Of a stretch of 64,000 bases of DNA, positions 38,301 to 46,374 are shown piece after piece. The stretch's first letter is position 1. Every line of letters begins with the position of its first letter. The DNA comes from a virus (lineage: Duplodnaviria > Caudoviricetes), in the IMG/VR virus record IMGVR_UViG_3300033074_001883, positions 1-64,000 of that record; one strand, given 5' to 3'. Both the position numbers and the translations under genes were made by a program. The notes beneath the pieces are model-generated. The model made no database searches. It was given only the letters and a program-made list of their open reading frames with translations, and was not told the origin of the DNA.

Positions 38301-39636
38301 CGGGCGCGATGGACTGCGTGAGGATGAGACCGAGTTCGGCACCACCGGAGTCGTCGTTGAAGGAGCGAACGTAGTTGTAGATCTCGCTCGCCAACTCGCG
38401 CGTGCGGGCGAACCCCTTCTTCGCCGCCTCGTCGTCGAACTCGTCTGCGCCGAACACCGAGTGCAGGAGCTGCACGTTGAGTGACTTGTTCGCGCGTTCG
38501 ACGTCGGACTTGCCTTCGTCGTTGAGCGCGAGGTCTTTGAACTTGTCACCATCTTTGAAGTAGCCGTCCGTCTCGTTTCCGACGTCGCCGCCCGGCTGGA
38601 AAGCGATGCCGCCTTCGCGCATGTCGCGGAACATCTGGGCGACGTAGATGGCGAGCGCCTGAGTGCCGTTCGTGTCGTCGAGACGCGAGTAGAGCGCTTG
38701 GAGGCGCTCCTTGTTCGGAACGATGTTACCCACCGCCCGCTTCGCGTCCTTGCGCTGGACGAACGTCTCGCCCGCCTCGCGCGCGTTGTGCGGGATGTGG
38801 AGGAGTTCCATGTCCGACATGAGCGCAAGGAGACGAATCGCTTCGTCCTTCACGTTGCCGGTGAGGATCTGGTCCGTCTTCCCGTCGCTGTACTTCTCGC
38901 TGCGGCGAATCTGCGCGTGCGCGTGCTGCTCCTGAAGCTGGCGCTTCTGCACCGCCTGCCGCGCCTTCTGCCGGAACTTCGGGTCTTCGAGGAGGCCGTG
39001 GTAGGCCTCGAACATCTGAGCGAGGGCTTCTTCGCCCTCCTTCTCGTCGATGCCCGCTTCCTCGCAGAGGTCCTTCCAGTAGTCCTTGATGTCGAGGCCT
39101 GCCGTGCTCGCGTCACGGAAGAGGGCCATCACCATGTCGGTGTCGTAGCCCTTCGACGTCATCGCTGCCTGCACCTCGGAGCGGATGGACGAGTGGTAGT
39201 TGTAGACGACATTGATGTTCTCGTGGAGCTTCTTGGTCTCCTCCTCGTCGAGGGGTTCCCACTCGCGCTCGTTGTCGTCGTCAGTCGGCTTCGTGCCGTA
39301 GCGAACGTGACCGTTCTTGTCGCGCCACCACTTGCCACCACGGATGCCGGGGTTCTTGATGCCTGCTTCGCGGCGCTTCTTGTCGGCCTCGATGTCCTTG
39401 GCCGTCTTCGGCTTCTTCGCGCCCGGGGCCTTCGCCGCCTTGGCGAAGTCTTCGCTGAGCCCACCGGGGATGACGTAGAGCCCCTCGGACTTGGTGATGC
39501 CGTGTGCCCGACCGAGGACCGAGGCGATGGCCTCGTTCATTCGACCGAGCATCCCGATGTACTCGCGGCTGAGGTTAGTCGCGAGTTCATCGAGAACCGG
39601 GTGTGCCAGCATCACTTCGTCACGAGGAGTCTCCAC
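35332..39636 (-). CDS. SNF2-family (SF2) helicase/translocase, 1434 aa, probably virion-packaged
   Basis: LFPYQRQAL, AYDTGMGKT (I), FFDEAHH (II), LLTATPMPNGKPEELF (III), VFSQW, IHGGV...R, GGAGLNLQ, QALGRVWRTGQ (VI). Long N- and C-terminal extensions. Confidence 0.9.
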   Translation of the reverse strand: METPRDEVMLAHPVLDELATNLSREYIGMLGRMNEAIASVLGRAHGITKSEGLYVIPGGLSEDFAKAAKAPGAKKPKTAKDIEADKKRREAGIKNPGIRGGKWWRDKNGHVRYGTKPTDDDNEREWEPLDEEETKKLHENINVVYNYHSSIRSEVQAAMTSKGYDTDMVMALFRDASTAGLDIKDYWKDLCEEAGIDEKEGEEALAQMFEAYHGLLEDPKFRQKARQAVQKRQLQEQHAHAQIRRSEKYSDGKTDQILTGNVKDEAIRLLALMSDMELLHIPHNAREAGETFVQRKDAKRAVGNIVPNKERLQALYSRLDDTNGTQALAIYVAQMFRDMREGGIAFQPGGDVGNETDGYFKDGDKFKDLALNDEGKSDVERANKSLNVQLLHSVFGADEFDDEAAKKGFARTRELASEIYNYVRSFNDDSGGAELGLILTQSIAPDSLFKDDNAIKRLAEKVAAQKALIESSLAAQEDTSFATPKGIADGFKAQGQGHDLFPYQRQALSWMTKIKRGILAYDTGMGKTPMSISMIAHLQELAKQGKIGKGDARGIMVMPLGLTKQWPGEIRKFFPDAKVVTIGDDVKSAEDRVKVLEAIQNGDLEADFVILSSSVVNFHEDTRASFKGSEIFEENDKGEVVKKKGVTDDEFVTALRDHASGDKLCTALRQLKGCVFFDEAHHEQQGLKTAANTHNAAAREFLKDREHSFLLTATPMPNGKPEELFELMDLINPGSAGPDVKKFENKMMVDEVGINEEGAEEVTSVADWGRVAKDVQPYVFRKNKLDPDVVEANKKAVQVLPRLIGDEGEEGGATHGLVAPPSFARLFELAGDIKPHDYDARQAKLPEKERQPFVPASEIEKGGHFKVMHQQQMLSVSPRLVLGDDPAEWKKHGYDGAQPKLEHLAELVKAHFNVPGNHDKPMVVFSQWPGSFKYAKEELLKHNIDPSLIGEIHGGVDVNDRAAMQDAVNAGKIKVLFVGTQAGGAGLNLQKKSNKMVFLDQPFMIGHKQQALGRVWRTGQKNDVEVINMYLKGTFDQKKIAGLGKKVGTDVAMSSAYDETLMSARMQQQMAAVLGGDEGIAAAQIEKTPDSVLQERIRSKGLQGLVTPKDLRFVAGQPKFNLKEFSKTVEYKEYLDFRQESLKTKRMLLGVKKKNGEVTPEEYRTALSRVDKEERDWVRQNRNLGRTMVPSPDMEPTQPEPTYVLSPNSTKVPTSKLSPTAQAVLAAVKKTKGGLTLTDFIDDHLKAGVDAEVKRNAKGEVEDHTAHLASAQKWWDNRDDVEKVVKEGLKELDKLGIISTGGSTHTPKASETPLPQQKKPEPTKAAPAKGGKAKAAPEPEHPEVKAPSVNYMGGWAYKLKGPHTETKEYKKHEVDMGGGVVLPLKAIVEVVRSARKKPASMSDWSDLFEEALDKRPTDAMVKRFIKTLHDFELV

Positions 39637-39670
39637 AGTTCACCGCCCGGCACGCTACGAGGTTGAGGGT

Positions 39671-39766
39671 TCAACGAGTCAGAAGGTAGAGCCCGGCCGA
39701 GGAGACGAGGGCGAGCGCGAGAAGCGCTGCCCTCAGAAGGCGGATGCGACGCCGCATAGCGCGCAT
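39671..39766 (-). CDS. 31-aa single-TM peptide
   Basis: Strong SD GAGGAGGAG before ATG 39766; MRAMRRRIRLLRAALLALALVSSAGLYLLTR fills the gap between two genes. Confidence 0.5.
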   Translation of the reverse strand: MRAMRRRIRLLRAALLALALVSSAGLYLLTR

Positions 39767-39783
39767 CTCCTCCTCGTACGACT

Positions 39784-40353
39784 TCACTCTTCGTCCGAGC
39801 CCGGCGTCGCGCGCTCCATCTCCGGGTTGCGGAGCGAAGGCGTGATGAGCGAGTTCTCTTCGAGCTGCTTCGAGAGAACCATGTCGGGGAGCGCGGTGTA
39901 CTCGACGACCGACACGGAGTCGAACGAGGGGAACGACTTCACGACGCCCGAGCGAGGAGCATGCGGCTTCTTCGCGTGGTCGCGCTCCGCGCCGCCACCG
40001 GCCGACGAGACGCCCTTCTTCTTGACGAACGAACCGGGCTGCGAGCCACGGACCGGGTTCATCTCGTTGCCGATCTTCGCGGCAACGCCCTTGCCCTTCT
40101 TCTTCATGCCCTTCTCGACATCGGTCTCGAAGAACTCGGCGAACGACTTGATCATGACTTCTCCTTCGGGTTGGTCCTGCGTGGTTGACTTGCCCATCTT
40201 CGTCATCTTGTTGAGCGACGCCGTGTTCTTCTTCTTCTGCGCAGCGGAGAGGCCGGGCGCGTGAACGACCTTGCCCATCTTCGGCTTGTTCTTCTTCTTC
40301 CACGCCATCGTCGCCATGCCCTTGCCCTTCGCGAGATACTCTCTTCCAGTCAT
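39784..40353 (-). CDS. Lys-rich hypothetical protein (putative internal head protein)
   Basis: 189 aa, very basic, with MIKS/VEKG/VVKS motifs. ATGA-coupled to the upstream gene. Confidence 0.6.
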   Translation of the reverse strand: MTGREYLAKGKGMATMAWKKKNKPKMGKVVHAPGLSAAQKKKNTASLNKMTKMGKSTTQDQPEGEVMIKSFAEFFETDVEKGMKKKGKGVAAKIGNEMNPVRGSQPGSFVKKKGVSSAGGGAERDHAKKPHAPRSGVVKSFPSFDSVSVVEYTALPDMVLSKQLEENSLITPSLRNPEMERATPGSDEE

Positions 40354-41933
40354 GAGATTGCTCCTTGCTTCTTGAGTAGCGAGTGGAATTCCTTGGCCGA
40401 CTTGGCCGCGTCGGACTGTGAGAGGTCGTAGCCCTTGGTCAGGAAGGTAGCAAGTTTCGCCAGCGTGTTCACCCCCGAGACGTGGAGTGAGTCGGCGAAC
40501 TCGCGCTCCTCGGTGCCCTTCTTGAGGGCGCGCGGGTTGAGCGTGAAGCTCTTCTTCGAGAGCGCGGCCTTGTCGCGCTTGATGCCGGTCTTCAGCTTCG
40601 TGACCTGCTCCTCGGCCTCGGTGATGTCCTCGCGGAGGTGGTCGCGGGAGACGGGCACGGTCTTCGTCTTCGCGAGCGTGACGCCGCGCTTGGCGAGGTC
40701 GGCCTTCTTCGGGTTGAGCGACTTGGTGGCCTGACGCTTGAGCACGGCGAAGACGGAGGCGAGGTACTCGTCGCTAACCTTGTGCTTCGTGATGAAGCTG
40801 GAACCGTGTTGCTTGAAGAACGTGATGAAGCCGCGCTCGTCGCGGGAGTCGGCGATCTTGTGGAGCCGGTCGACGGTGACGCCGAGGACGGCTGCGAGCC
40901 GGTGGGGCGACGGCTCCACCATCGTGTCCGGGGCCATGTCCGGGACCGCGCCCTTCGGTGACGACGCGGCGGCGGGCTTCTTGCCCGACGGCTTCCGGTA
41001 GTCGTAGGTCTTCTTGCCGTTCTTGCTCGCGCCCACCTTCGCCGTCGGTGCTGCGGTCGCTTTCTTCTGTGGTCGCTCGCGCTTCTCCGACGGCTTCGTG
41101 AGGATGGCTTTGTTGAGGTGCTCGTCGATGCGCTCAACGAGTTGGCTGGCGACATCGTCCGAGTAGGCGTCGAGGCCGTGGTGCTTGAAAGCACGCACCG
41201 CTTCGAGACGCTGACTGCGCGCGGAGTCGAGCCTTCCGGCCATGGCCGCGCCGAGCGCCTCGTCGAGCAGACCACGAGCCGCTTGCACAGAGAGCTTCGT
41301 CACCGGACCGGCCGCGCCCTTGGCTCCGACGTGAACCAGCTTCCCCGACTTCGTCTTGCGCGTGTACGCCTTGTGGTTCTTCGACTTCTTCGTCTCCTCC
41401 GACGACTCGTCCTCGACGCCGTGCATCGCGTTGAAGATGCGCTTGTCGCGGTTCGCGGGCATCGACTCCTTGCCACGTCCTGCCGAGGCGGCCGGTGAGC
41501 CTGCGCGGTCGGTGCCTACCATCGAGCCGATGGCCTTGTGCACGAGGTTCATGAAGGCGCGATTCTCGATGGCCTTCTTGTAGACCTCGTACGGACCGAA
41601 GCGCTTCGCTGCGAAGTAGCCCTTGGCGACCTCGAAGAGCTTCACGCTCGGCATCGACTTGATGGTCTCCTCTTCGTCGACCGGGCGCTCTTCGTAGTAG
41701 CGAACGACCTGATGCTTCGTCGCGCGCTCTTGGAACGCAGTGATGCGGGCCGCGTTCTCGGGGCTGTCGGTGTCGCGCGTCACTTCGTCCTTCGGGCCGT
41801 ACTTGCCCGTCCAGAAGCCCTGCCCCTGCGCCCCTGACTCCGGGTTGAGGTAGAGCTTCGCGGCGGAGATCTGCGTGTGACGGTTGCCACCGCCGCTCAC
41901 TACGCCATTCGGCTGTTCACGTTCGACGCCCAT
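40350..41933 (-). CDS. Basic hypothetical protein (putative internal head protein)
   Basis: 527 aa with many hydrophobic-x-K-[ASG] sites and a YTRKTKSGKLVHV motif. Confidence 0.65.
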   Translation of the reverse strand: MGVEREQPNGVVSGGGNRHTQISAAKLYLNPESGAQGQGFWTGKYGPKDEVTRDTDSPENAARITAFQERATKHQVVRYYEERPVDEEETIKSMPSVKLFEVAKGYFAAKRFGPYEVYKKAIENRAFMNLVHKAIGSMVGTDRAGSPAASAGRGKESMPANRDKRIFNAMHGVEDESSEETKKSKNHKAYTRKTKSGKLVHVGAKGAAGPVTKLSVQAARGLLDEALGAAMAGRLDSARSQRLEAVRAFKHHGLDAYSDDVASQLVERIDEHLNKAILTKPSEKRERPQKKATAAPTAKVGASKNGKKTYDYRKPSGKKPAAASSPKGAVPDMAPDTMVEPSPHRLAAVLGVTVDRLHKIADSRDERGFITFFKQHGSSFITKHKVSDEYLASVFAVLKRQATKSLNPKKADLAKRGVTLAKTKTVPVSRDHLREDITEAEEQVTKLKTGIKRDKAALSKKSFTLNPRALKKGTEEREFADSLHVSGVNTLAKLATFLTKGYDLSQSDAAKSAKEFHSLLKKQGAIS

Positions 41934-44577
41934 TGGGTCCCCTCAACACACGACGGAGTTTGACGAGCAACTGAGCGAGCACGGGGTCGACCCGAGTCGC
42001 GGACTTGATGATGAGACCGATGGGGCGCTTGATGGCCTTGTTGTCCATCGCTCGCTGCTGAACGATGAGGCGCGCCATCTGCTCGATGACCTCTGGTGAC
42101 GCGCCCTCGATGGAGACGACCTTGCCGCCCTTCTTCTGCACCGTGAACGCGGTGCTGATGGGCGTGCGCACCTTCGCGCCCGTCGGCATGTCGGCCACCT
42201 TGGCGTCGTGCGTAGCGTAGGCGGCGGCCTGCGCGCGGTGGTGGTCGTCCTTGAACTTGAGGAACTCGGGACGCGTCGACAACGCGGCGAGCCGCCACGA
42301 GCCGAGCTTCGAGAGCTTCCGCCACACCTTCATGAGGTGGATGCCACGAAGCTGCTTGAGCCGGAGTTGCGGCGTCATCCCCAATCCGGCCGGAGCGACG
42401 TGACCCATGCCGAGGTCGAGCTGCGAGGCGGGGTCGAAGTGCGGAGCGCGGTTGGTCGACACGGGTTGACCCGCGACGTTGCGAGCCTGCGCCGCCCAGA
42501 AGTCGTGAGCCTCTCGCACCTTCGGGTGCGCGATGAGCGGGTGCTGCTTCGCCGAGTGCCCCGTGACGGGAGGCTTGAGGTTGACTTGCCGGGAAATCTT
42601 CGCGTGGAGCGGGAGCGCCGTCGACTCGCCCGGCTTCGACTGCTTGTGCTTAGCCGCCTGCGTGGGCTCGTGAATCCGCTCCCACGCTTGCGTCCCCGGG
42701 ATGGAGGCGCGACGGAAAGCCGACACGCGGATGAGCGCGCGGATGCCCTCCTTGAGGCCTTCCTTCTCACTCGGGCGCAGACCGGCTGCGAAGCCGTCGC
42801 CCGCGACGCGAGTGAGGGACGAGAGGTTGCGCGTGAGCATGCCCTTGATGTGAGCGACGGACGGGCCCTCGTGCTTCGTCTTCTTGAGGTAGCCCGCGAC
42901 GTCCTTCGCGACGGAGGTCCAGTCTTTCAGCCCGCCGCCACCCGACGGCGTGTCGTCCGGGTTGTGGAGGTTGAGGCGCGACATGAGGCCGATGGCCGCG
43001 ATGGGCGAGAGGCGCGTCTCGACAATGCGCTGCACGTCCTTGATGGCGACGATGTCCTCGGCCGACGTGTACGGCGTGCCGAGTGCGTCGGTGTGCTCTC
43101 GAAGCTGCGACGAGGTGAACGCGCCCTCCTCGTTCCACGTGAGGGCTCCACCAATCTCGTGGAGAATCTCGGGCTCCACCGTGCCCGCGTGGATGGCGTC
43201 TGCGAGTGCGGAGCGCACGGTGTTCTGCGCCGTCTTCTTGAGTAGCGACAACGCGTAGAAGCGGAAGTTGGAACCACTGTCGCGACCCGTGCTCGCCATG
43301 TGCGCCGTGTACGTCTCGGCGATGTCGTTGAGCTTGATGCGGAGGTCGGACTCGATGTCCTTCGCCAGCTCCTTCGAGTCGAGGATGGTGCCCCACCCCA
43401 TCTTGTTCGTACCGAACGCGCGGCCTCGCGCGATGTTCCGGATGTCGGAGTCGAACTCCTTGAAGAGGGCGGCCCGCTGACCCGGCGTGAACCAGTTGCG
43501 GCCGGACTCCGGGAGACGCTCGCCGCGCCAACCGGAGGAGAGTGCGTAGGCGAGGGGGTTCGACTGTGGGTCGAGGTCGTTGATGTCGGCCGACTCGGTG
43601 ATGATGAGTCGCTCGCCGACGCCGAGCTTCGGTGCCTTCGTCGGCACGACGAGTGCGAGCCCCTTGGTGCCCTTGAGCTTCCACTTCAGGTTAGTCAGTT
43701 GCTGCTCGATGTGCGGCGGGAACTCAAGCGCCGACTTCGGCTTCTCACCGAGAGCGCGAATCTTCTTCGACGCGGCCTCGTGCTCTTTCAGGTACAGAGC
43801 CCACTTCTCCGGGTTCTGCTTAATCCACTCGCGGCCTTCCTCGCGAAGCTGCTCCACCTGCTGCTGGAGCGTGAGCACGCGGAGGAGCTTGGTCGCGAGC
43901 GGGCGCTTGTTCACTTGCGGGAAGAGCGCGGCGAGGTCCTTCTTCACCTTGTCGAGCTTGACCTGAAGGTCCGCCTTCGCTTCGAGGAGGCTCTGCGAGT
44001 CCTTGTGCTCGGCGAGCTTCGCCGTCGCGTTGCCGATCTTGCTGATGAGCACGTCGCGCTGCGCGCCGAGCGCGACTACCTTCTTCGCGGCGTCGTAGCC
44101 GACCGGGTCGAGCTGCTTCAGCTTGTCGCCGAGGCGCACGTACGTGTAGCGGATGTTGTTCTCGTGGTCGGCCCGGCGCGCCTCGACCTCCGCCACAGAG
44201 ACCGACGTAGCCCCTTCCAGAGGCACCGGGATGCCCGCAGGCGAGAACTTCAGGCCCGAGGAGGGCCCGGAGGTGGGCGGAGGGGCGATCGTCGTTCCTG
44301 CGGCCGCGTAGGGCCTCGGAGCGCCCTTCTTCTCGGTGGCCGTGTTCGCCGGGAAGCGGTGGGGTGAGGTGAGGTCCCGAGCCACGGCCACGTTGCCTCG
44401 ACGGTGCTGGAGCGCGAGCCACGTGCCGATGCGGCCGGAGTCCTTGGCGTAGAAGTATTGCGGGTACGTCTTCCCGGCACGAGTCGTCACGTCGTAGATG
44501 GCGACGTACTTCGTCTTGCCGCTACCGGCCGTGCGACCCTTCTTCAGGTTAACGATGTTGAAGACGCCGAAAGTCAT
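41917..44577 (-). CDS. Large protein with a sigma70-like region 2/4 module
   Basis: ATG 44577 overlaps the portal TGA. Region-2-like FDSDIRNIARG...DL.IKL.DIAETY...GSNFRFYAL.LLK...N.VR; region-4-like VQRIVETRLSP...GL.SRLNL...TSVAKDV...SVAHIK.MLTRNL.SL. Confidence 0.55.
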   Translation of the reverse strand: MTFGVFNIVNLKKGRTAGSGKTKYVAIYDVTTRAGKTYPQYFYAKDSGRIGTWLALQHRRGNVAVARDLTSPHRFPANTATEKKGAPRPYAAAGTTIAPPPTSGPSSGLKFSPAGIPVPLEGATSVSVAEVEARRADHENNIRYTYVRLGDKLKQLDPVGYDAAKKVVALGAQRDVLISKIGNATAKLAEHKDSQSLLEAKADLQVKLDKVKKDLAALFPQVNKRPLATKLLRVLTLQQQVEQLREEGREWIKQNPEKWALYLKEHEAASKKIRALGEKPKSALEFPPHIEQQLTNLKWKLKGTKGLALVVPTKAPKLGVGERLIITESADINDLDPQSNPLAYALSSGWRGERLPESGRNWFTPGQRAALFKEFDSDIRNIARGRAFGTNKMGWGTILDSKELAKDIESDLRIKLNDIAETYTAHMASTGRDSGSNFRFYALSLLKKTAQNTVRSALADAIHAGTVEPEILHEIGGALTWNEEGAFTSSQLREHTDALGTPYTSAEDIVAIKDVQRIVETRLSPIAAIGLMSRLNLHNPDDTPSGGGGLKDWTSVAKDVAGYLKKTKHEGPSVAHIKGMLTRNLSSLTRVAGDGFAAGLRPSEKEGLKEGIRALIRVSAFRRASIPGTQAWERIHEPTQAAKHKQSKPGESTALPLHAKISRQVNLKPPVTGHSAKQHPLIAHPKVREAHDFWAAQARNVAGQPVSTNRAPHFDPASQLDLGMGHVAPAGLGMTPQLRLKQLRGIHLMKVWRKLSKLGSWRLAALSTRPEFLKFKDDHHRAQAAAYATHDAKVADMPTGAKVRTPISTAFTVQKKGGKVVSIEGASPEVIEQMARLIVQQRAMDNKAIKRPIGLIIKSATRVDPVLAQLLVKLRRVLRGPNGRRT

Positions 44578-46361
44578 CAGAGGTCCCGGAAGGAAGAGAG
44601 CGCCTTCTTGAGGTCGCCCGCGAGATTCTTCGGCAGCGAGGCGTGGATGGTCTCCTCCCACACGTCGCTCGTCTCCTCACGGGAGAACGAGTGCTCGTCG
44701 TTGGGCGTGGCTTCCTCGTCCTTGGCGGGAGCGCCAGCGGGCGCGGAGGTCTGCGTGTCCTTCTCGATGGCTCCGCCGAGACGGCGCTCGGGCTGACCGG
44801 GCTGAGGCGGCTTGTTCGGAGGACCGAACTGCTGCTCGAACATCTCCTTGTGGCTCGGAGGACGGCCGCCCGACGGGAGGCCGGGAGGCATCTCGGGTGC
44901 GCCACCGGGCGCACCACCGGGAGCGCCGGGCATCCCCGGCATGCCGCCCGGAGGACCCGCCTGCTGCTGAGCCTGCATCGCGAGTTGGTTCTTGAGCCCG
45001 ATGTACGTCGGGTTCATCACCGTGTCCCCGTGTTCGACTGGCGCGAGTTCGTCGGCCTCGCGGCGGATCTCGTTGAGCGTCTTGTACGAGCCGAGTTCCT
45101 TCATGCGGAGTTCGATGGCTTCCGACTCCGAGCGAGCGTCGAGGCCGACGAAGAGGAACTCGTAGTCCTCGTCCATCTCCCAGATGATTTCCTCGTTCAC
45201 CGTGTTCTGGAGGAAGCGCAGGAGCGGCTGGAGGCCTCGGTCCTTCGAGACCTTCTGCTGCGCCTCGTTCGTCGTCATGAACATCGGCTGCGAGCCGACG
45301 CCACCACGCGAGTCGAAGTTAATCTCAGCGGGGTCGATGAGGTAGACGGCGCACGCGATCTTGATGAGGTACTCCAGCCACTGCTGGAACCCCATGTCGT
45401 TGTTGCTCGGCTGAAGCGGAATCCACTGAAGGTTATCCGAGTTCATCACGGGCGTGCGCCACGCGTTCGACACGCTGCTCACCTGCGTGAGCCACTGCCG
45501 ACGGAACGCCTCCATCTGCGGCGCGGGCACCTTGCCCTGCACGTTCAGGATGCCCTTCACCGTCGAGCCCTGAGAGAAGACCTTGCGGTTCCACTCCTCG
45601 GCCCAGAGGTGCGACGTCACCGTGTTGATGAGCAACTCCAACTCGGAGAGCCCGTAGCCGTAGCTCTTCAGGTCGGTGCGCGGGTTCGCGACGCGGAAGA
45701 TGAGTTCCCGGCGCGTGAACTCGTTGACGATGGTGCCGTCGATGACTTGCACGTACTGCGGCACGTACGTCTGCTCGTGCTTCGTGAGCGGAGCGCCACG
45801 GCGCGTCTTCGCCGGAGCGATGCGGTACGTCGCCGAGTCGACCGCGTGAATCGAGTAAGGTCGGCCGTTGCGACGGAGCACCTTCTCGGAGACGAGCTGG
45901 TCGTAGACGAGCCGGTCGCGCACGACCTTGCGCGCCCACGTCTCGAACGAGTCGCGGCCCGGGTCGCGGCCCTCACCCATGTTCTGGATGAACCTCTCCA
46001 GATGCGTGATGTGCTCTTTCTCGGAATCGGTGAGCTTGCGCTTCTGGTCGCGGTGCTGAACGCGGAAGCCGACGCTGTACTTGTTCCGCTGCGGTTGGCA
46101 GAACGACGCGACTTGGTTAACCCGCGTCTGGACGATGGCGGAGACGACCGAGTTCTTCTCGCTCATCTGCTTCAGCGTCTCGTACGAGATGGCCGACGGG
46201 TTGGACCGGTAGCCCAAGCCCATCGAGTCCATCAACGCGTACGGATCGTTGAACCATGACTTCGGGATGCCGAGTTGCTGCCCGTCACCCGAACCCTTCT
46301 GGAGGTCAGCGTGATCGAGGCCCGCCTGTACGAGCGCGAGCGTGCTGTTGGGGTGCGCCAT
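44577..46361 (-). CDS. Portal protein
   Basis: LKQMSEKNSVVSAIVQTRVNQV..F, DSFETW.RK.VRD.L.YDQ, YGYGLSELE, WN.K.FSQG...GIL, DMGFQQWL.YL...CAVYLIDP.EINF. Confidence 0.93.
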   Translation of the reverse strand: MAHPNSTLALVQAGLDHADLQKGSGDGQQLGIPKSWFNDPYALMDSMGLGYRSNPSAISYETLKQMSEKNSVVSAIVQTRVNQVASFCQPQRNKYSVGFRVQHRDQKRKLTDSEKEHITHLERFIQNMGEGRDPGRDSFETWARKVVRDRLVYDQLVSEKVLRRNGRPYSIHAVDSATYRIAPAKTRRGAPLTKHEQTYVPQYVQVIDGTIVNEFTRRELIFRVANPRTDLKSYGYGLSELELLINTVTSHLWAEEWNRKVFSQGSTVKGILNVQGKVPAPQMEAFRRQWLTQVSSVSNAWRTPVMNSDNLQWIPLQPSNNDMGFQQWLEYLIKIACAVYLIDPAEINFDSRGGVGSQPMFMTTNEAQQKVSKDRGLQPLLRFLQNTVNEEIIWEMDEDYEFLFVGLDARSESEAIELRMKELGSYKTLNEIRREADELAPVEHGDTVMNPTYIGLKNQLAMQAQQQAGPPGGMPGMPGAPGGAPGGAPEMPPGLPSGGRPPSHKEMFEQQFGPPNKPPQPGQPERRLGGAIEKDTQTSAPAGAPAKDEEATPNDEHSFSREETSDVWEETIHASLPKNLAGDLKKALSSFRDL

Positions 46362-46374
46362 GGTTAACCACGTT

